A stretch of 64,000 nucleotides of DNA from Mobula hypostoma. Taxonomy: Eukaryota. Below are positions 24,590-38,404 of this stretch, piece by piece. The first letter of the stretch is position 1. Each line of letters begins with the position of its first letter. Below the pieces are notes generated by a model. The model was not told where the DNA came from and made no database searches. It saw only the letters and a program-made list of their open reading frames with translations. Position numbers and translations under genes: made by a program. The DNA lies in contig NC_086097.1 in assembly GCF_963921235.1 (NCBI RefSeq), positions 244,344,001 to 244,408,000 of the forward strand, written 5' to 3'.

Positions 24590-25595
24590 TAGTGGAGTGG
24601 TTCAGTATTACTTCAGTATTCACCAGAGAAAAGGACCTTGGTAATTGTGGGATGATTTACAGCGGACTGAAACGCTTGAGCATATAGACAATAAGAAAGC
24701 ATTAAGTTAGATAAGTCACCAGGACCATGGAATAAAATACAAGGATAACAGTTTTAGGGAATCTTGGTTTTTGAGAGATATTGAGGCCATGGTTATGAAA
24801 AAGGAGGTCAATAGCAGGTATAGGAAGGGAGGAACAAATGAGGTGCTTATGAAGTACTATATAAGAAATGCAAGAGAACATTTATGAAGGAAATCAGATG
24901 GTCTAAAAGAAGACATGAGGTTGCTCTAGCAGTCAAAGTGAAGGAGAATCCTCAGGACTCCCATGGATATATTAAGAGCAAAAGGATTGCAAGGGACAAA
25001 ACTAGTCCTCTGGAAGACAGAGTGATAATCTATGCATGGAGCCAAAAGAGATGGGGGGATTGGAAATGGATTTTTTGCATCTGTATTTACTCAGGAGACA
25101 GATGCAGAGTCTATAATAGTAAGGCAAAGCATCAGCGAAGATATGGACCGTAAGGAGGTTACAGAGGAGGAGTGATTGCTGTCTTGAGGCAAACTAGAAC
25201 AGATAAATCCCCAGGGCCTGACAATGTGGGAGGCAAGTGCAGAAATTGCAGGGACCCTAGCAGAGATGTTTAACTCATCCTTAGCAACAGGTGAGGTACT
25301 CACTGGAATTTAGAAGGATGAGGGTAATCTAAAGAAACCTATCGAATGTTGAAACTCCTAGAGAGCATGGACGTGGGGAGGATGCTTCCTATGGCACAGC
25401 CTCAGAGTAGAGGGGCATCCTTTTCGAACAGAGATGAGACGGAATTTCTTCAGCCAGAGAGTGCTGAATCTGTGCAATTTGTTGCAACAGGCAGCTGTAG
25501 AGGCTGGATCACTAGGTGTATTTAAGCCGGAGATTGATAGGTTCTTGATTAGTCAGGGCATAAAAGGTTACAGACAGAAGAAAGGAGAATGAAGT
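24590..25595 (+). mobile_element. Decayed CR1 fragments
   Basis: DKSPGP-like and GYIKSKR motifs, then a CR1 3' segment at 25300-25595. Confidence 0.75.
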
Positions 25596-27134
25596 AACGC
25601 TTACGATGAGATTAAGGAAAGGTGTCAAAACAATTCGGTTGTTGTCTTGGGAGAATTCAACTTCCCTTATACCAACTGGGACCTTCTGAGTGCAAGAAGT
25701 TTAGATGGAGCAGAATTTGTTAAGTGCATCCAGGAGGAGTTTCTTAAGTCAAAATGTAGATAGTCAAACATGAGAAGGGGCTGTACTAGACCTGGTGTGG
25801 GGTAATGAGCTTGGCCAGGTGTCTGACCTTTCAGTGGGTGAGCAGGTAAGGGACAGTGGCCACAGCTCCTTAAATTTTAAGATAGCTTTAGATAAGGATA
25901 AGTATGGACCTTGTAGGAGAGTATTAAATTAGAGCAGGACAAATTATGAGAGCATTAGGCAGGAAATAGGGAGAGCTAATTGGGAACAGCTGTTTTTGGG
26001 CAAGTCCACGTCCAACATATGGAGAATGTTTAAAGACCAGCTGCACAGAGTACAGGACAGGTATGTTCCAGCCAGAAGAAAGGACAAGAATGGCAAGGTA
26101 AAAGAACCTTGGATGTCCAGAGAGGTGATGAACTTAACAAGAAGAAAAAGGAAAAGTATGCTAAGCTAAGGAAGTGAGAGTCAAACAGAGCCCTTTTGGA
26201 TTATAAAGAAGCCAGAGAAGAACACAAGAAAGGGATTAGGAAAGCCAGAAGGAGCCAAGAAAAGTCTTTGGCAGGTAGGATTAAAGGGAATCTTACGGCA
26301 TTCTAGACATACATCAAGAGCAAAAGGGAAACGAGATAGAGAGTAGGACCACACAAGGATAAGGGGATGCAGGGGACGTGGGTGAGATCCTTAATGAGTA
26401 CTTTACATCGCTATTTACCACGCAGAAGGACATGGAAGATTGGGAGATCAGTGTCGAGTATATTAAAATGCAAGGGCATTGTGTAGAAAAGGAGAAGATA
26501 GTGTTGGATCTCTTAAAGAGCATTAAGGTGGATAAGTTCCCAGGGCCTGATGGGATATACCCCAAGTTATTGAGAAAAGCAAGAGAAAAGATTGCTTGGA
26601 CCTTGATCAATATTTTTGCATCCTCTCCAGCCACAGGCAAGATCCCAGAAGCCTGGCAAGTAGCTAATGTTGTTTCATTATTCAAGAAGGGAACCAGGGA
26701 TAATCCTGGAAAGCATAGATCAGTGAGTCTGGTGTCTGTGGTAGGGAAGTTCCTGGATTGACTTCTTAGGGAGAGGGTTTACATGTATTTGGAAAACCAT
26801 GGTCTAATTAGGGAGAGCCAGCCTGGCTTTGTGCAAGTTTTGAGTTTTTTGATGAGGTGACAAGTGTGATTGATGAAGGTAAAGCTGTGGATATAGTCTA
26901 CATGAATTTTAGTCAGGTGTTTAACAAGGTCCCTCATGGAAGGCTCATCCAGAAGATGAAGATGCATGGTAAATTGCCCGTTTGGACTCAGAACTGGCTT
27001 GCCCATGGAAGACAAAGGGTGGGGGTTGAAGGGACTCGCGCTAGATGGAGGTCTGTGATTAGCGGTGTTCCACAGGGGTACGAGCTGGGACCTCTGCCGT
27101 TTGTGATGTGTATAAATGGATGAAAATGTAAATG

Positions 27135-27594
27135 CAACACACATAAAAATTGCTGGTGAACGCAGCAGGCCAGGCAGCATCTCTAGGAAGAAGTACAGTC
27201 GACGTTTCGGGCCGAGACCCTTCGTCAGGACTAACTGAAAGAAGAGCTAGTAAGAGATTTGAAAGTGGGAGGGGGAGGGGGAGATCCTAAATGGTAGGAG
27301 AAGACAGGAGGGGGAGGGATGGAGCCAAGAGCTGGACAGTTGATTGGCAAAAGAGATATGAGAGGATCATGGGACAGGAGGCCTAGGGAGAAAGAAAGGG
27401 GGTGGGGGGGAATCCCAGAGGATGTTCAAATCCCTTACTATCTCTTCTTTCAGTTAGTCCTAACGAAGGGTGTCAGCCTGAAACGTCGACTGTACCTCTT
27501 CCTATAGATGCTGCCTGGCCTGCTGCGTTCACCAGCAACTTTTATGTGTGTTGCTTGAAATTCCAGCATCTGCAAATTTCTTCGTGTTTGTGTT
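27135..27594 (+). mobile_element. Non-coding fold-back Penelope insertion (460 bp)
   Basis: Inverted arms switching near 27424. TSD TGAAAATGTAA(A/T)TG at 27121-27134 and 27595-27608. Confidence 0.92.
27196..27233 (-). ncRNA. Minimal type I hammerhead ribozyme motif, best-preserved copy
   Basis: Minus strand: TAGTC CTGACGA AGGGTCTCGGCCC GAAA CGTC GACTG. Stem I AGTC/GACT, stem II GGGT/GCCC, GUC cleavage triplet. Confidence 0.82.
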
Positions 27595-27859
27595 TGAAAA
27601 TGTAATTGGGTGAGTTTGCAGATGATATGAAGATTGATAGTGTTGTGGATTACATAGATGACTGGTACAGATAGAATGGGATATAAATCAGTTGTAGATA
27701 TGGGCAGAGAAATAGCAGATAGAGCTTAACCTGGCCAAATATGAAATGTTGTAGCTTGTTAGATCAAATGTAAAGACAGTACACTGTTAATGAGAAGATC
27801 CTTACAAGTGTTGATGAGCAGAGGGATCTTGTGGTTCAGCTCCCTGAAAGAAAAATTTT

Positions 27860-30800
27860 GCCTCACTCACCAACGTCTTAGACAACTTCAAAATAACATC
27901 CCAACTCCTGTACTCAATACTTTGATTTATGAAGGTCAATGTGCCAGAAGTCCTTTACAACCCTGTCCTCCTGTGACAACACTTTCAAGGAATTATGGAT
28001 CTGCATTCACAGATCCCTCTGTGCATTCATCAGTGCCCTACCACTTACCGTCCCTGGTTTGTCCTCCCAAAGTGCAACACCTCACATGCGCCTGCATTAA
28101 ATCCCATCTACCACTTTTCCTGTTGGTCCAGATCCAACTGCGAGCTCTGATAACATTCCTTGATGTCCACTATGCCCCCAATTGTGGTGTCATCCACAAA
28201 TTTGCTACTCCAATGGTCATGTAAGGGCAGAGTTGTTGTATATTTGTAAACAGCTTTAATATGTGGCATAGAAATGACCATTAAGGATATTTATTTCCTT
28301 AATTCAGACATCTACAATGCATGCTGAAGCCTAATGGCTCATTAATAAGCACTAAAACATTTATTAAGTTATCAGAAGGTTTTGTATTTCAGCCCACTGA
28401 GATGCAGTGCAGTAATTTGGCATCTTATTTCAATGAATATTTACCAGCTGCCATTAATTGACAAAACTTCACTTTTGCTACTTTGATTAAAAATTTAATG
28501 ATCAATTTCCAAATGTCAGTGAAAGGAAACACTGCAATGTCTGTGCAATTCTCACGTAATCCAATCTCACCTGGGTGTTGAATGAAAGATACGGAGCAGT
28601 TAAAATTCTTCCCCCTTCTCTCAGTCCCTTTCCACCCCACCACTCCTTCCTCCTATTTCCAAACGGTATCAATCCATTTGTTTCAACATGGTTCCTATCG
28701 AATATTGAAAGACCTACATAGGGCAAACAAGGAGAGGGTGTTTCCTACAGTGGGGGAGGCTAGGACCAGAGGACACAGCCTCAAGAACAGAGGTGAGGAG
28801 GAATTTCTTTAGCCAGAGGTGGTCTGTGGAATTCATTGCCACAGACAACTGAGGAGACCAAGTCATTAAATATATTTAAAGCGGAGGTTGATAAATTCTT
28901 GATTAGTATGGGTGTCAAGGTTACAGGGAGAAGGCAGGAGAATGGGGTTGAGGGGACAATAAACCAGCAGATTTATTGGCAGAGCAGATTCAATGGGCCA
29001 AATAGCCTAATTTGACACCTATGTCTTATGGTTCAGGTGAACTTACCATCTGCTAAAATGTGCTGCTTTTCACATGGAAGGGGTCCAGAAGCCTTGTTGA
29101 CCACTGGAAGCCTCTGAGACAAACGTAATTTCATCTCGAGTTGAATTCCCATAAATTTAAGGGTCTCAGATGAAGAACCAGGGACAATTCTTCCTGTCCT
29201 GTTGGTTTACTAGAGTTACAGCCTCGCGGTGCCAGGGAGTCAGAGTCAGTACTGACCTCCAGCGCTTTGTGGGGTTGGTGATCCCTCCTGTTGATGTGCA
29301 TGTTTCCCTCAGGATCCCAAAGGAGTACGTGAGGCAGACTCATCTCTTCTTCCCACACAATGACCCTATCTTTCCATTTTCCTCACATTCATGTACATGT
29401 GTAAACTTCTCTACCACCATCCATGCACCCACCAGAACTTACCTCAGACATCCCCCCTAAACTTCCCCCTAATCACCTTAAAATTATGCCCCCTTATACC
29501 CGTCTACCATCACCCCAGAGGCGGAAATTGCTAATATAAGGGGGCACAGTTTCCTGACTCTACAACCACCCCAGGCAGCACATTCCAGGCACCAAACGCT
29601 CTCTGAATAAAAACTTGACCCTCACTTCTCCTTTGCAATGACCCACACCACCCCCACCCCCCCCATCTTAAGTGAACGCCCTCTGGTATTAGATATTTTA
29701 ACCCTGGGGAAAAAGATACACTCTGTCTACACTATCCATGCCTCTCACAATCTTATAAAACTCTGTCCGATCTCCTCTCAGCCTCTGCCACTGGGGAGAA
29801 AACAACCCAAGTTTGTCCAACCTCTCGTTATATCACATGCCCTCTAATCCAGGTAGCAGCCTGATAAACCTTTCCTGCACCCTTCCTATAACAGGGTGAC
29901 TAGACCTGTATGTAGAACTCCAGAAGCAGCCAAATTAGAGGTTTATAAAGCTGCAACATAACTTCCTGACTTTTGAACTCAATGCCTCGATTAATAAAGG
30001 CAAGCATGCCATACACTGCATTAACCACCCTATCAACCTGTGTGGCCACTTTCAGGGAGCTATGATCTTGGACCCCAGGATCCCTCTGCTCAGCAACACT
30101 GTTAAGGAACTTGCCCTTCACAGTGTATTGTGTCTTTGCATTTGACCTACCAAGATGCAACACTTCACATTTGTCAGGGTTAAACTTCATCTGCCATTTC
30201 CTTGCCCATATTTAAAATTGACCTATATCCTGCTGGATTCTTTCCAGTCTTCCATGCTATCCACAACACCAGCCTTGATGAGAATGTGGGGAGAAGAAAA
30301 AATGGTATTAATGTGTAGGATTACTGTAAATAGTGGGTAGTGGGTTGGAGATACGTCTCTACCAAAGGAGATGTAAAGTGCTCATCCCCTCCGCTAGCCG
30401 GTAGGTCACCACGGGCAAGGTGTAGCACCTGCTTGGCCCCCCGTTCAGGGTCACGTGAAGCCATGGGAGCAGGTGGTGGATGGTCATCTGAGCAGATGGT
30501 GCATATCACAAGCCCTGGTTATGCAACCACTGACGCCAGGCAGATAATCTCTGAAGAATATCAATAATAGCTGGGATCACCCGCCTTGTAAAAGACACTG
30601 CCCAGAAGGCACCATAATATCACACTGTAATATGATCTTAAGATATAGGAGCAGCATAAGGCTATTTGGCCCATCGAGTCTGCTCCGCCATTTCATCATG
30701 GCTGATCCATTTTCCCTCTCAGCACCAATCTCCTGTCTTCTCCCTGTATCCCTTCATTCCCTGACTACTCAAGAATCTATCAATCTCTGTCTTAAATATA

Positions 30801-31930
30801 CCCAATGACTTGGCCTCCACAGCCACCTGTGGCAATGATTTCTACAGATTCACAACTCTCTGGCTAAAGGAATTCCTCCTTATCTCCGTTCTAAAAGGAC
30901 ATCCCTCTATTCTGAGACTGTGTTCTCTGGTCTTAGACTCCCCCACCATAGGAAACATCCTCTCCACATCCACTCTACTGAGGCGTTTTAACATTCAATG
31001 AGGTCACCTCTCATTCTTCTGAATTCCACTGAGTACAAGCCCAGAGCCATCAAACACTCTCCATGTGACAAGCCTTTGAATCGCGGAATCCTTTTCATGA
31101 ACCTCCTTTGAACCCTCTCCAATGTCAGCACATCCTTTCACAGCACATAATGAACGAACAAACTGTAAATGGATGGTTGATTGAGAGCGTTGACTTGAAG
31201 AGCTAAAGAGACTCTTTCTCCGCTGTATCTCAATGACATGAAAGAGCATAGAGACCAAATGTGGTGCTCCAATTTCAGGCCTCTGAATAGGACTTGAAGC
31301 ATAGAACAGAAACACAGTACAAGCCCTTCAGCCCAAAATGTTGTACCGAACTTTTAACCTGAGGTCAATTGAACTCTCCCCTCCTACATAGCCCTCCATT
31401 TTTCAAACATCAATGTCTATCTAAGAGTTTCTTAAATACCCCTAATATAACTGCCTGTGCCACCACCCCTGGCAAAGTGCTCCATGTACCTACCACTCTC
31501 TGTGTGAAGAACTTACCTCAGACATCCCCCCCAAACTTCCCTCTGATCACTTTAAAATTATGCCCCCTCAAATTAGCCATTTCCACCCTGGGAAACAGTC
31601 CCTGGCTATCCATTTGCTCTGTGCCCCTTATCATATTGTACACCTCTATCAAGTCACTTCTCATCCTCCACTCCAGAGGGAAAAGCCCTAGCTCAAAGAT
31701 TCTATGATCCAATGTGCATTTATTATCAAAGCTTGTATGTAGTACACAACCCTGAGATTTGTCTTCCCCACTGACAGCCACAAAACAAATAAACAAGGAA
31801 AGGTATCAACCCCCTCCCCATGCGCAAAAAAAAATGAATTGCGCAAACAGCAACAGAAACAAAAGAAGTTTGAGAAGAAGAATTGAACATAGTACTCCAA
31901 GTGTGGTCTAACCAGGGTTTCATGAAGCTG
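27860..31930. repeat. Cluster of decayed CR1 pieces (about 27860-28210 -, 28690-29030 +, 29390-30270 -, 30635-31138 -, 31298-31930 -)
   Basis: Recurrent CR1 3' motifs, for example FNPDKCEVLHLG in ORF 29900-30190. Confidence 0.75.
30340..30612 (+). mobile_element. Short interspersed element, probably RTE-related (second copy about 42775-43040)
   Basis: Both copies share ctaccaaagga..tgtaa...ccgctagcc..aggtcacc...gggcaaggtgtagcacctg...gtgcatatcacaag. Confidence 0.7.
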
Positions 31931-32789
31931 AAACGTTATTCCATGGCCCTAAAGCAGAACTTGTTGCAGATTAATGATAATCCTATCCTAATAAACATGC
32001 TCTCATAGAACATAGAACAGTACAGCACAGTACAGGCCCTTCAGTCTATGATGTTATGTCTTTATAATAAAATCTGGATGGGGTGAATATTTTAATTAAG
32101 TAGCTTTTAGAATAAAATCAGTTCCCATTGTCATACTAGACAATGCACCAAGCTCTCAAGTAAAAGTTAATTAACTGATTTTCAATTAAGTTGAAATGGC
32201 TTTAATTAGATAATCAGTAAAAGCTCTAATTATCTTGCTTAGGTGTGCAAGCTGAAATAAAAATGTAGATCTCTAACAATATCAGTAATCTCCAGCTAGT
32301 TCTGACTCAGAGCCACAAAGTATTGTTCCAGCTTTATAAAACCCCGGTTAGTCGACCACCACTGGAGTACTGTGATCTGATCTTCTTCTTAAGCCCTGGG
32401 ACACAGGCCATTGACAGCAGCTCTCCAGAGTCCTCAATTGTGGGTCAAAGGTTGACTGGTCCTATGGCTTCCATTTCACCACATGACTTCAAACGTCTTC
32501 TAGGTGACGATCTTTTCTCTCCCGGGGATGAGGTCTTTGGAGCTTCTGTTGGTTTTTCTCTTACCGGAAGGGGTTGCTAGTCCCCATGCCCAGCCCTCCT
32601 CCTTATACAGCCAGGCTTGCGGCAGTCTGTGGTGGGGTTGTGTTGTTATGTTAGGAAGGATGTGGAAGTTTTAGAGAGGATACAGAGGACATTTTTTCAG
32701 AATGCCTCTTTGATTGGAGTGCAGGTCTTAAGAGGATACGTTGAGTGAGCTGGGACTCATCTTTGGAGTGAAGGAGGATGAGATGTGAC

Positions 32790-33756
32790 TTCAAAGTAAA
32801 TACATATATGTCACCATATCCAACCCTGAGATTAATTTTCCTGTAGGCATACTCAATAAATCCATAATAGGATAATTAACATAATAGAATCAACAAAAGA
32901 CAACACCAACTTGGGAGTTCAACTAGTGTGCAACAGACAACAAACTGCAAATACAAAAAAAAATAATAAATGAACAATAAATATTGAGAATGAGATGAAG
33001 AGTCCTTGAAAGTCAGTCCAATGGTTGTGGGAACATTTCAATGATGGGGCATATGAAGTTGAGTGAAGTTATCCCTTTTGTTTCAAGAGCCTGATGGTTG
33101 AGGGGTAATAACTGTTCCTGAACCTGGTGCTGTGAGTCCTGAAGTTCCGGTACCTTCTTCCTGATGGCAGCAGCGAGAAGAAAGCATGACCTGGGTGGTG
33201 GGGGTCCTTGATGATGGATGCTGCTTTCCTCCGACAATGCTCCATGTAGGTGTGCTCAGAGGTGGGGAAGGCTTTACCCGTGATGGTCTGGACCATATCT
33301 ACTACTTTTTGTAAGATTTTCCTTCCATGGGCACTGGTGTTTCCATACCAGGCTGTAATGCAGCTATTTAATATACTCTTCACCTCGCATCTATAGACGT
33401 TTGTCAAAGTTTTAGTTGTCATACCGTATCTTTGCAAAATCAATAATTGCACTAACGTGCTGGGCCCAGGACAAGTCCTCTAAAATGATAACGCAGAGGA
33501 ATTTAAAGTTGCTGACCCTCTCTGCCTCTGATCCTCCAATGAGGACTGGCTCATGGACCTCTGGTTTCCTCCTCCTGAAATCAATAATCATCTCTTTGGT
33601 CTTGCTGGCATTGAGTAAGAGGTTGTTATTGTGGCACCACTCAGCCAGATTTCTAATCTTCCTCCTTTATGCTGGTTCATCACCACCTTTGATTCGGCCG
33701 GTGACAGTGGTGTCGTCAGGAAACTTGAAAATGGCACTGGAGCTGTGTTTAGCCAC
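32790..33756 (-). mobile_element. Rex-Babar-type LINE 3' portion
   Basis: IFKFPDDTTVTG and CITAWYGN...IIKDPHHPGHAFFSLLPSGRRYR...FRNSYYP. Confidence 0.88.
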
Positions 33757-34585
33757 ATAGTCATAGTCATAGTCATAGTCATACTTTATTGATCCTGGGG
33801 GAAATTGGTTTTCGTTACAGTTGCACCATAAATAATTAAATAATAATAAAACCATGAATAGTTAAATGATAATATGTATATTATGCCAGGAAATAAGTCC
33901 AGGACCAGCCTATTGGCTCAGGGTGTCTGACCCTCCAAGGGAGGAGTTGTAAAGTTTGATGGCCACAGGCAGGAATGACTTCCTATGACGCTCTGTGTTG
34001 CATCTCGGTGGAGTGAGTCTCTGGCTGAATGTACTCCTGTTCCCACCCAGTACATTATGTAGTGGATGGGAGACATTGTCCAAGATGGCATGCAACTTGG
34101 ACAGCATCCTCTTTTCAGACACCACCGTCAGAGAGTCCAGCTCCATTCCCACAACATCACTGGCCTTACGAATGAGTTTGTTGATTCTGTTGGTGTCTAC
34201 TACCCTCAGCCTGCTGCCCCAGCACACACAGCAAACATGATTGCACTGGTCACCACAGACTCGTAGAACATCCTCAGCATCGTCCAGCAGATATTAAGGG
34301 ACCTCAGTCTCCTCAGGAAATAGAGACAGCTCTGACCCTTCTTGTAGACAGCCTCAGGGTTCTTTAACCAGTTTATTGTCAATTCGTATCCCCAGGTATT
34401 TGTAATCCTCCACCATGTCCACACTGACCCCCTGGATGGAAACAGGGGTCGCTGGTACCTTAGCTCTCCTCAGGTCTACCACCAGCTCCTTAGTCTTTTT
34501 CACATTAAGCTGCAGATAATTCCGCTCACAGCATGTGACAAAGTTTCCTGCCATAGCCCTGTACTCAGCGTCATCTCCCTTGCGT
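33757..34585 (-). mobile_element. Young Rex-Babar-type LINE 3' fragment with (GACTAT)n tail
   Basis: LNVKKTKELVVD, YKKGQS.LYFLRRLRS, KSFLPVAIKLYN. Highly similar to 54782-55506 and 49268-49614. Confidence 0.9.
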
Positions 34586-34609
34586 AAGTATAGTCGTAAG
34601 TATAAACCA

Positions 34610-36830
34610 AGTAGAGCTTATATAAAGATGTGCAAGATAGTAAGAGGCATAGATCAGGTAGTGAGCCAAGTAACGTTCCCAGGGTGGAAATGGCTAATAC
34701 AAGGGGGGCATAATTTTAAGGTGATTAGAGGAACGTGTAGGGGGATGCCAGAGGTGAGTTTTTTTTAGGGTCAGTTGATGAATTGGGCAAAGCTTCAATT
34801 TTTAAGATTCAGGTTTATTTGTCCAAAGTACATTGCGGGTTTGTTGAACCAGAAGGGTTTGTTACTGTAATGTATTTCTAAATAAAAAAAGACAAACCCT
34901 TGGAAAGATTGATTAGGGATTGTCAGCATGGATTTGCTCATGGGAAATCTTGTCTCACAGATTGATGTTACGAGATGACTAAGCATGATTACCGAGAGCA
35001 GAATGTCAGATATTGTCTACACGGACATTAATGTGACCTTTGACAGCGTCCCACAAGGTAGTCAAATCCAAAAGGCTAGAGTCCATGGGATCGTGAGCAA
35101 ACTGCTAAAGTGGATCCCACGGTAGGCAGACAGAGGTGTTGGAATGTTGCTTTATCTGATTGTAAGTCCGTGTCCTGTTGTATGCTAGTCAGTGCTGGGA
35201 CCCTTGATTTGATTAAATGAGTGCTGATGAGCAAAGGGACCATAGAATCCATAAACCAGAAGTGGCAGATGTAGGGTTGATTGTAACTTTTAAGAGAAAT
35301 TTGGATAAGTGCATGGATGGGAGATGTAAGGAGGACTATGGTCCAGGTGCTGGTCGATGGCAGAACAACAGTTTGGCATGAACTAGATGGGCTGAAGGGT
35401 CTGTTTCTGTACTATAGTCTTTTATGTCTCTATCTATGGCTTAGTCTCCTAACTTTGATGGCCGTACCCCTATCCTAAGAAGAACATAAAATAAAATGTT
35501 TATTTTTGAATACTAGCCGATTTAAGCTACAGGACAGATTGAAAAGATCAAGGTGGTGGGCCAGAAATGAGGGTTGGGCCAGCGTTCAGCTCATTGCTCT
35601 GTGAAATTTACTCGTCTCCACGCTAAACTGAGGCCATGGCCTGCAACTAACAGGCTCCTAGATCAGCTGAGACTCACATTTGTGAACTTATTCTTACTAG
35701 CAGAACTGTGCATACGGAGCTAATGAAGGAAAACACAGGGTGCTTGAGGAACTCAGCAGGTCAGGAAGGGGACACATAGTAAATGGTATGGCTGATGATC
35801 AGAGGGACCACCGGATCCCATAAGCTGAAGTGGTGGGTGCAGGTTCACTTGTAGCATTTAAGAGAAGTTTGGACAAGTACATGGATGGGAGGAGTATGGA
35901 GGGCTATAGTCCCGGTGCAGGTTAAAGGGAGTAGGTAGAAAAACAGTTTGGCACAGACTAGATGGGCCGAAGGGCCTGTTTCTTTGTTGCAGTGTTCCAT
36001 GATTCAAAAATCCCTGAATAAAGGCAGCAAAGGTAGTGAAAAGGGTACAAGGGTCACTTGTCTTCATTAGACATGGCAGAGCAAACGGGAACTGAGACGC
36101 CATGTTGCAGCTTTGTAAAGCATTGATGTGGCCACACCTGAGGTAGTACGTGCATTTCTGAGCATCACACTGTCGGAAGGACATGGTCATGTCGGACAGG
36201 TTCGCCGGGATAGTGCTTGAATTTGGAGCATTTCAGTTCTAAGGAGAGTTCAGTTTTTGTTTTTCCGGGAGTGAAGAAGGCTGAGGGATGATCTTACGGC
36301 AGGTTAAAAGGTCATTACATCCATATATTATGGGCATTTAAAAAACTCTTAGCCAGGCACATGGATGATAGACAAAAGGAGGGCTATGTGGGAGGGAAGA
36401 GTTAGATTGAACTCAGAGTAGGTTACAAGGTTGGCACAACATCATGGACCAAAGGACCCAAACTGTATGGTACTGTACTGTACTGTAATGTACTGGTCTA
36501 TGTCCTATTGCATGATGGAGGTATATCATGTCATGAGGATACACAATGAGATTTTTTTTTCCAAAGGTAGAGTGTCTTTGACTAGAGGGTTGGGTACAGG
36601 AGAGACGTAGGAGGTCAAAGGGGATCTGAAGACAATATTTTTCCCATACAGGAAATCTGGAAGGCACTTCCTGAGGAGGCAGTGGAGACAAACTCTGGTG
36701 AAATTTATGGAACAACTGGGGAAGGCATTTAAAACATCAAGGCATAGCAGGTTCTGGAACGAATACAGGCAAAAGGGATTAATGTAGACAGCTACATGAG
36801 TCAGCATGGGTGTGATGGGCTGAAGGGCCT
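34610..36830 (+). repeat. Cluster of decayed CR1 3' fragments
   Basis: Repeated CR1 3' hairpins (gatgggccgaagggcctgtttc) and RT remnants. Confidence 0.65.
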
Positions 36831-37009
36831 CCTTGGGCTGGCTGGCGACAAGAAGGCAGACAGGAGTGAGACGGCCCAGCTGGTGGAATGGCGTCACAAC
36901 AAGAACCTTGCACTCAACGTCAGTAAGACCAAGGAATTGATTGTAAACTTCAGGAAAGGGAAGTTGTGAGAACATGCACCGATTCTCACCAATAGGTCAA
37001 CAGCTTCAA

Positions 37010-37370
37010 GGAACATGTTTCCTGCCTCTAGCATGTCCAATCCCTTAATAATCTTATATGTTTCAATCAGATCCCCTCTCATCCTTCTAAATTCCAGTGT
37101 ATACAACCCCAGTCGCTCCAATCTTTCAACATATGACAGTCCCGCCATCCCGGGAATTAACCTCGTGAACCTCTGCTGCACTCCCTCAATAGCAAGAATG
37201 TCCTTCCTCAAATTTGGAAACCAAAACTGCACACAGTACTCCAGGTGTGGTCTCACCAGGGCCCTGTACAGCTGCAGAAGGACCTCTTTGCTTCTATACT
37301 CAGCTCAGCTCCCCTTGTTATGAAGGCCAACATGCCATTAGCCTTCTTCACTGCCTGCTGTACCTGCATG
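37010..37370 (-). mobile_element. Young CR1 fragment inside a plus-strand Rex-type element (about 36840-37870)
   Basis: RPHLEYCVQFW...RRMRGDLIETYKIIKG, closely related to 57238-59887. Confidence 0.85.
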
Positions 37371-37628
37371 TATGTATATATATAAAATATCCAAGACATC
37401 TTCGAGACGCAGTACCTCAGGCATTCAACATTAATGACCCCCACTACCCAGGACATGCCCTTTTCTCATGGTTACTGTCAGGAAGGAGGGACATGAACTT
37501 GAAGGCACACACTCAGCGACTCAGGAACAGCTTCTTCCCCTCTACCTTCCGATTTCTAAATGGACATTGAACCCCTCAAAACTACCTCACTCTTTTTTTT
37601 AATTTCTGTTTTTACACTGCTTATTTTA

Positions 37629-37678
37629 ATTTAACTATTGAATATATATATATATATATATATATTCAATAGTTAAAT
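37629..37678. repeat. Perfect 50-bp AT-rich palindrome centred on (TA)11
   Basis: ATTTAACTATTGAA-(TA)11-TTCAATAGTTAAAT. Confidence 0.95.
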
Positions 37679-38404
37679 AGTTATATATATCTCTGTGTGT
37701 GTGTCTGTGTGTGGTGTGTATGTGTATATATACGCACGCACACACATACATACGTATATATTTACTGTAATTCAGGTTTTTCTATATTTATCACGTACTG
37801 CATTGTGCTGCTGCCCCAAAGTTAACAAATTTCACAACATATGCCGGTGATATTAAACCTGATTCTGATTCTGTACTGTACTGCTGCTGCAAAATAAATA
37901 ATATCACAACATGTATCAGTGATAATAAGCCTGATTGTGATTCTGGGTGCTCTACTACTGTATATCCTTAAAATGCACCAGTTTCATTCAATGCAATCAG
38001 AAGATATTTGCATAATTCTTTAAATCCATCCAACAGCAACCTGAGAAATCCCACCACATCAACACCTTCTTCTGATTCTTTTAAACTATTGCCACAATAA
38101 TCACTTTCTATTTATTTATTTTTATTTAGAGTTTATTTATTTTTATTTAGAGATACATCCCTTCCAGCCTAACGTGCTCATGCTGCCCAATTACACCCAT
38201 GTGCCAATTAACCTACTAACTTGTTAACAGGCAGCACAGTAATGTAGCATTTGCGTGATCACTGATTGGGGTTCGATTCCCGCTCTGTCTGTAAGGAATT
38301 TGAACATTCTTCCCGTAATCACATGGGTTTCCTCCCACATTCCAAGGATGTATGGGTTAGAGTTAGGGTTAGTACATTGTGGGCATGCTATGTTAGCACT
38401 AGAA

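Larger units (their letters stand above)
25600..27845 (+). mobile_element. Decayed CR1 ORF2 (endonuclease end to RT) interrupted by Penelope
   Basis: GEFNFP..NW, KVDKFPGPDGIYP, VPQG..LGPL. RT continues after 27608. Confidence 0.88.

Noticed and set aside
29041..29060. Strong minus-strand donor ATG|gtaagt that could splice in frame to PKGFRR (short isoform or micro-exon)
   Set aside because: No pyrimidine tract or promoter evidence, and such a motif is expected by chance in a 34-kb intron.
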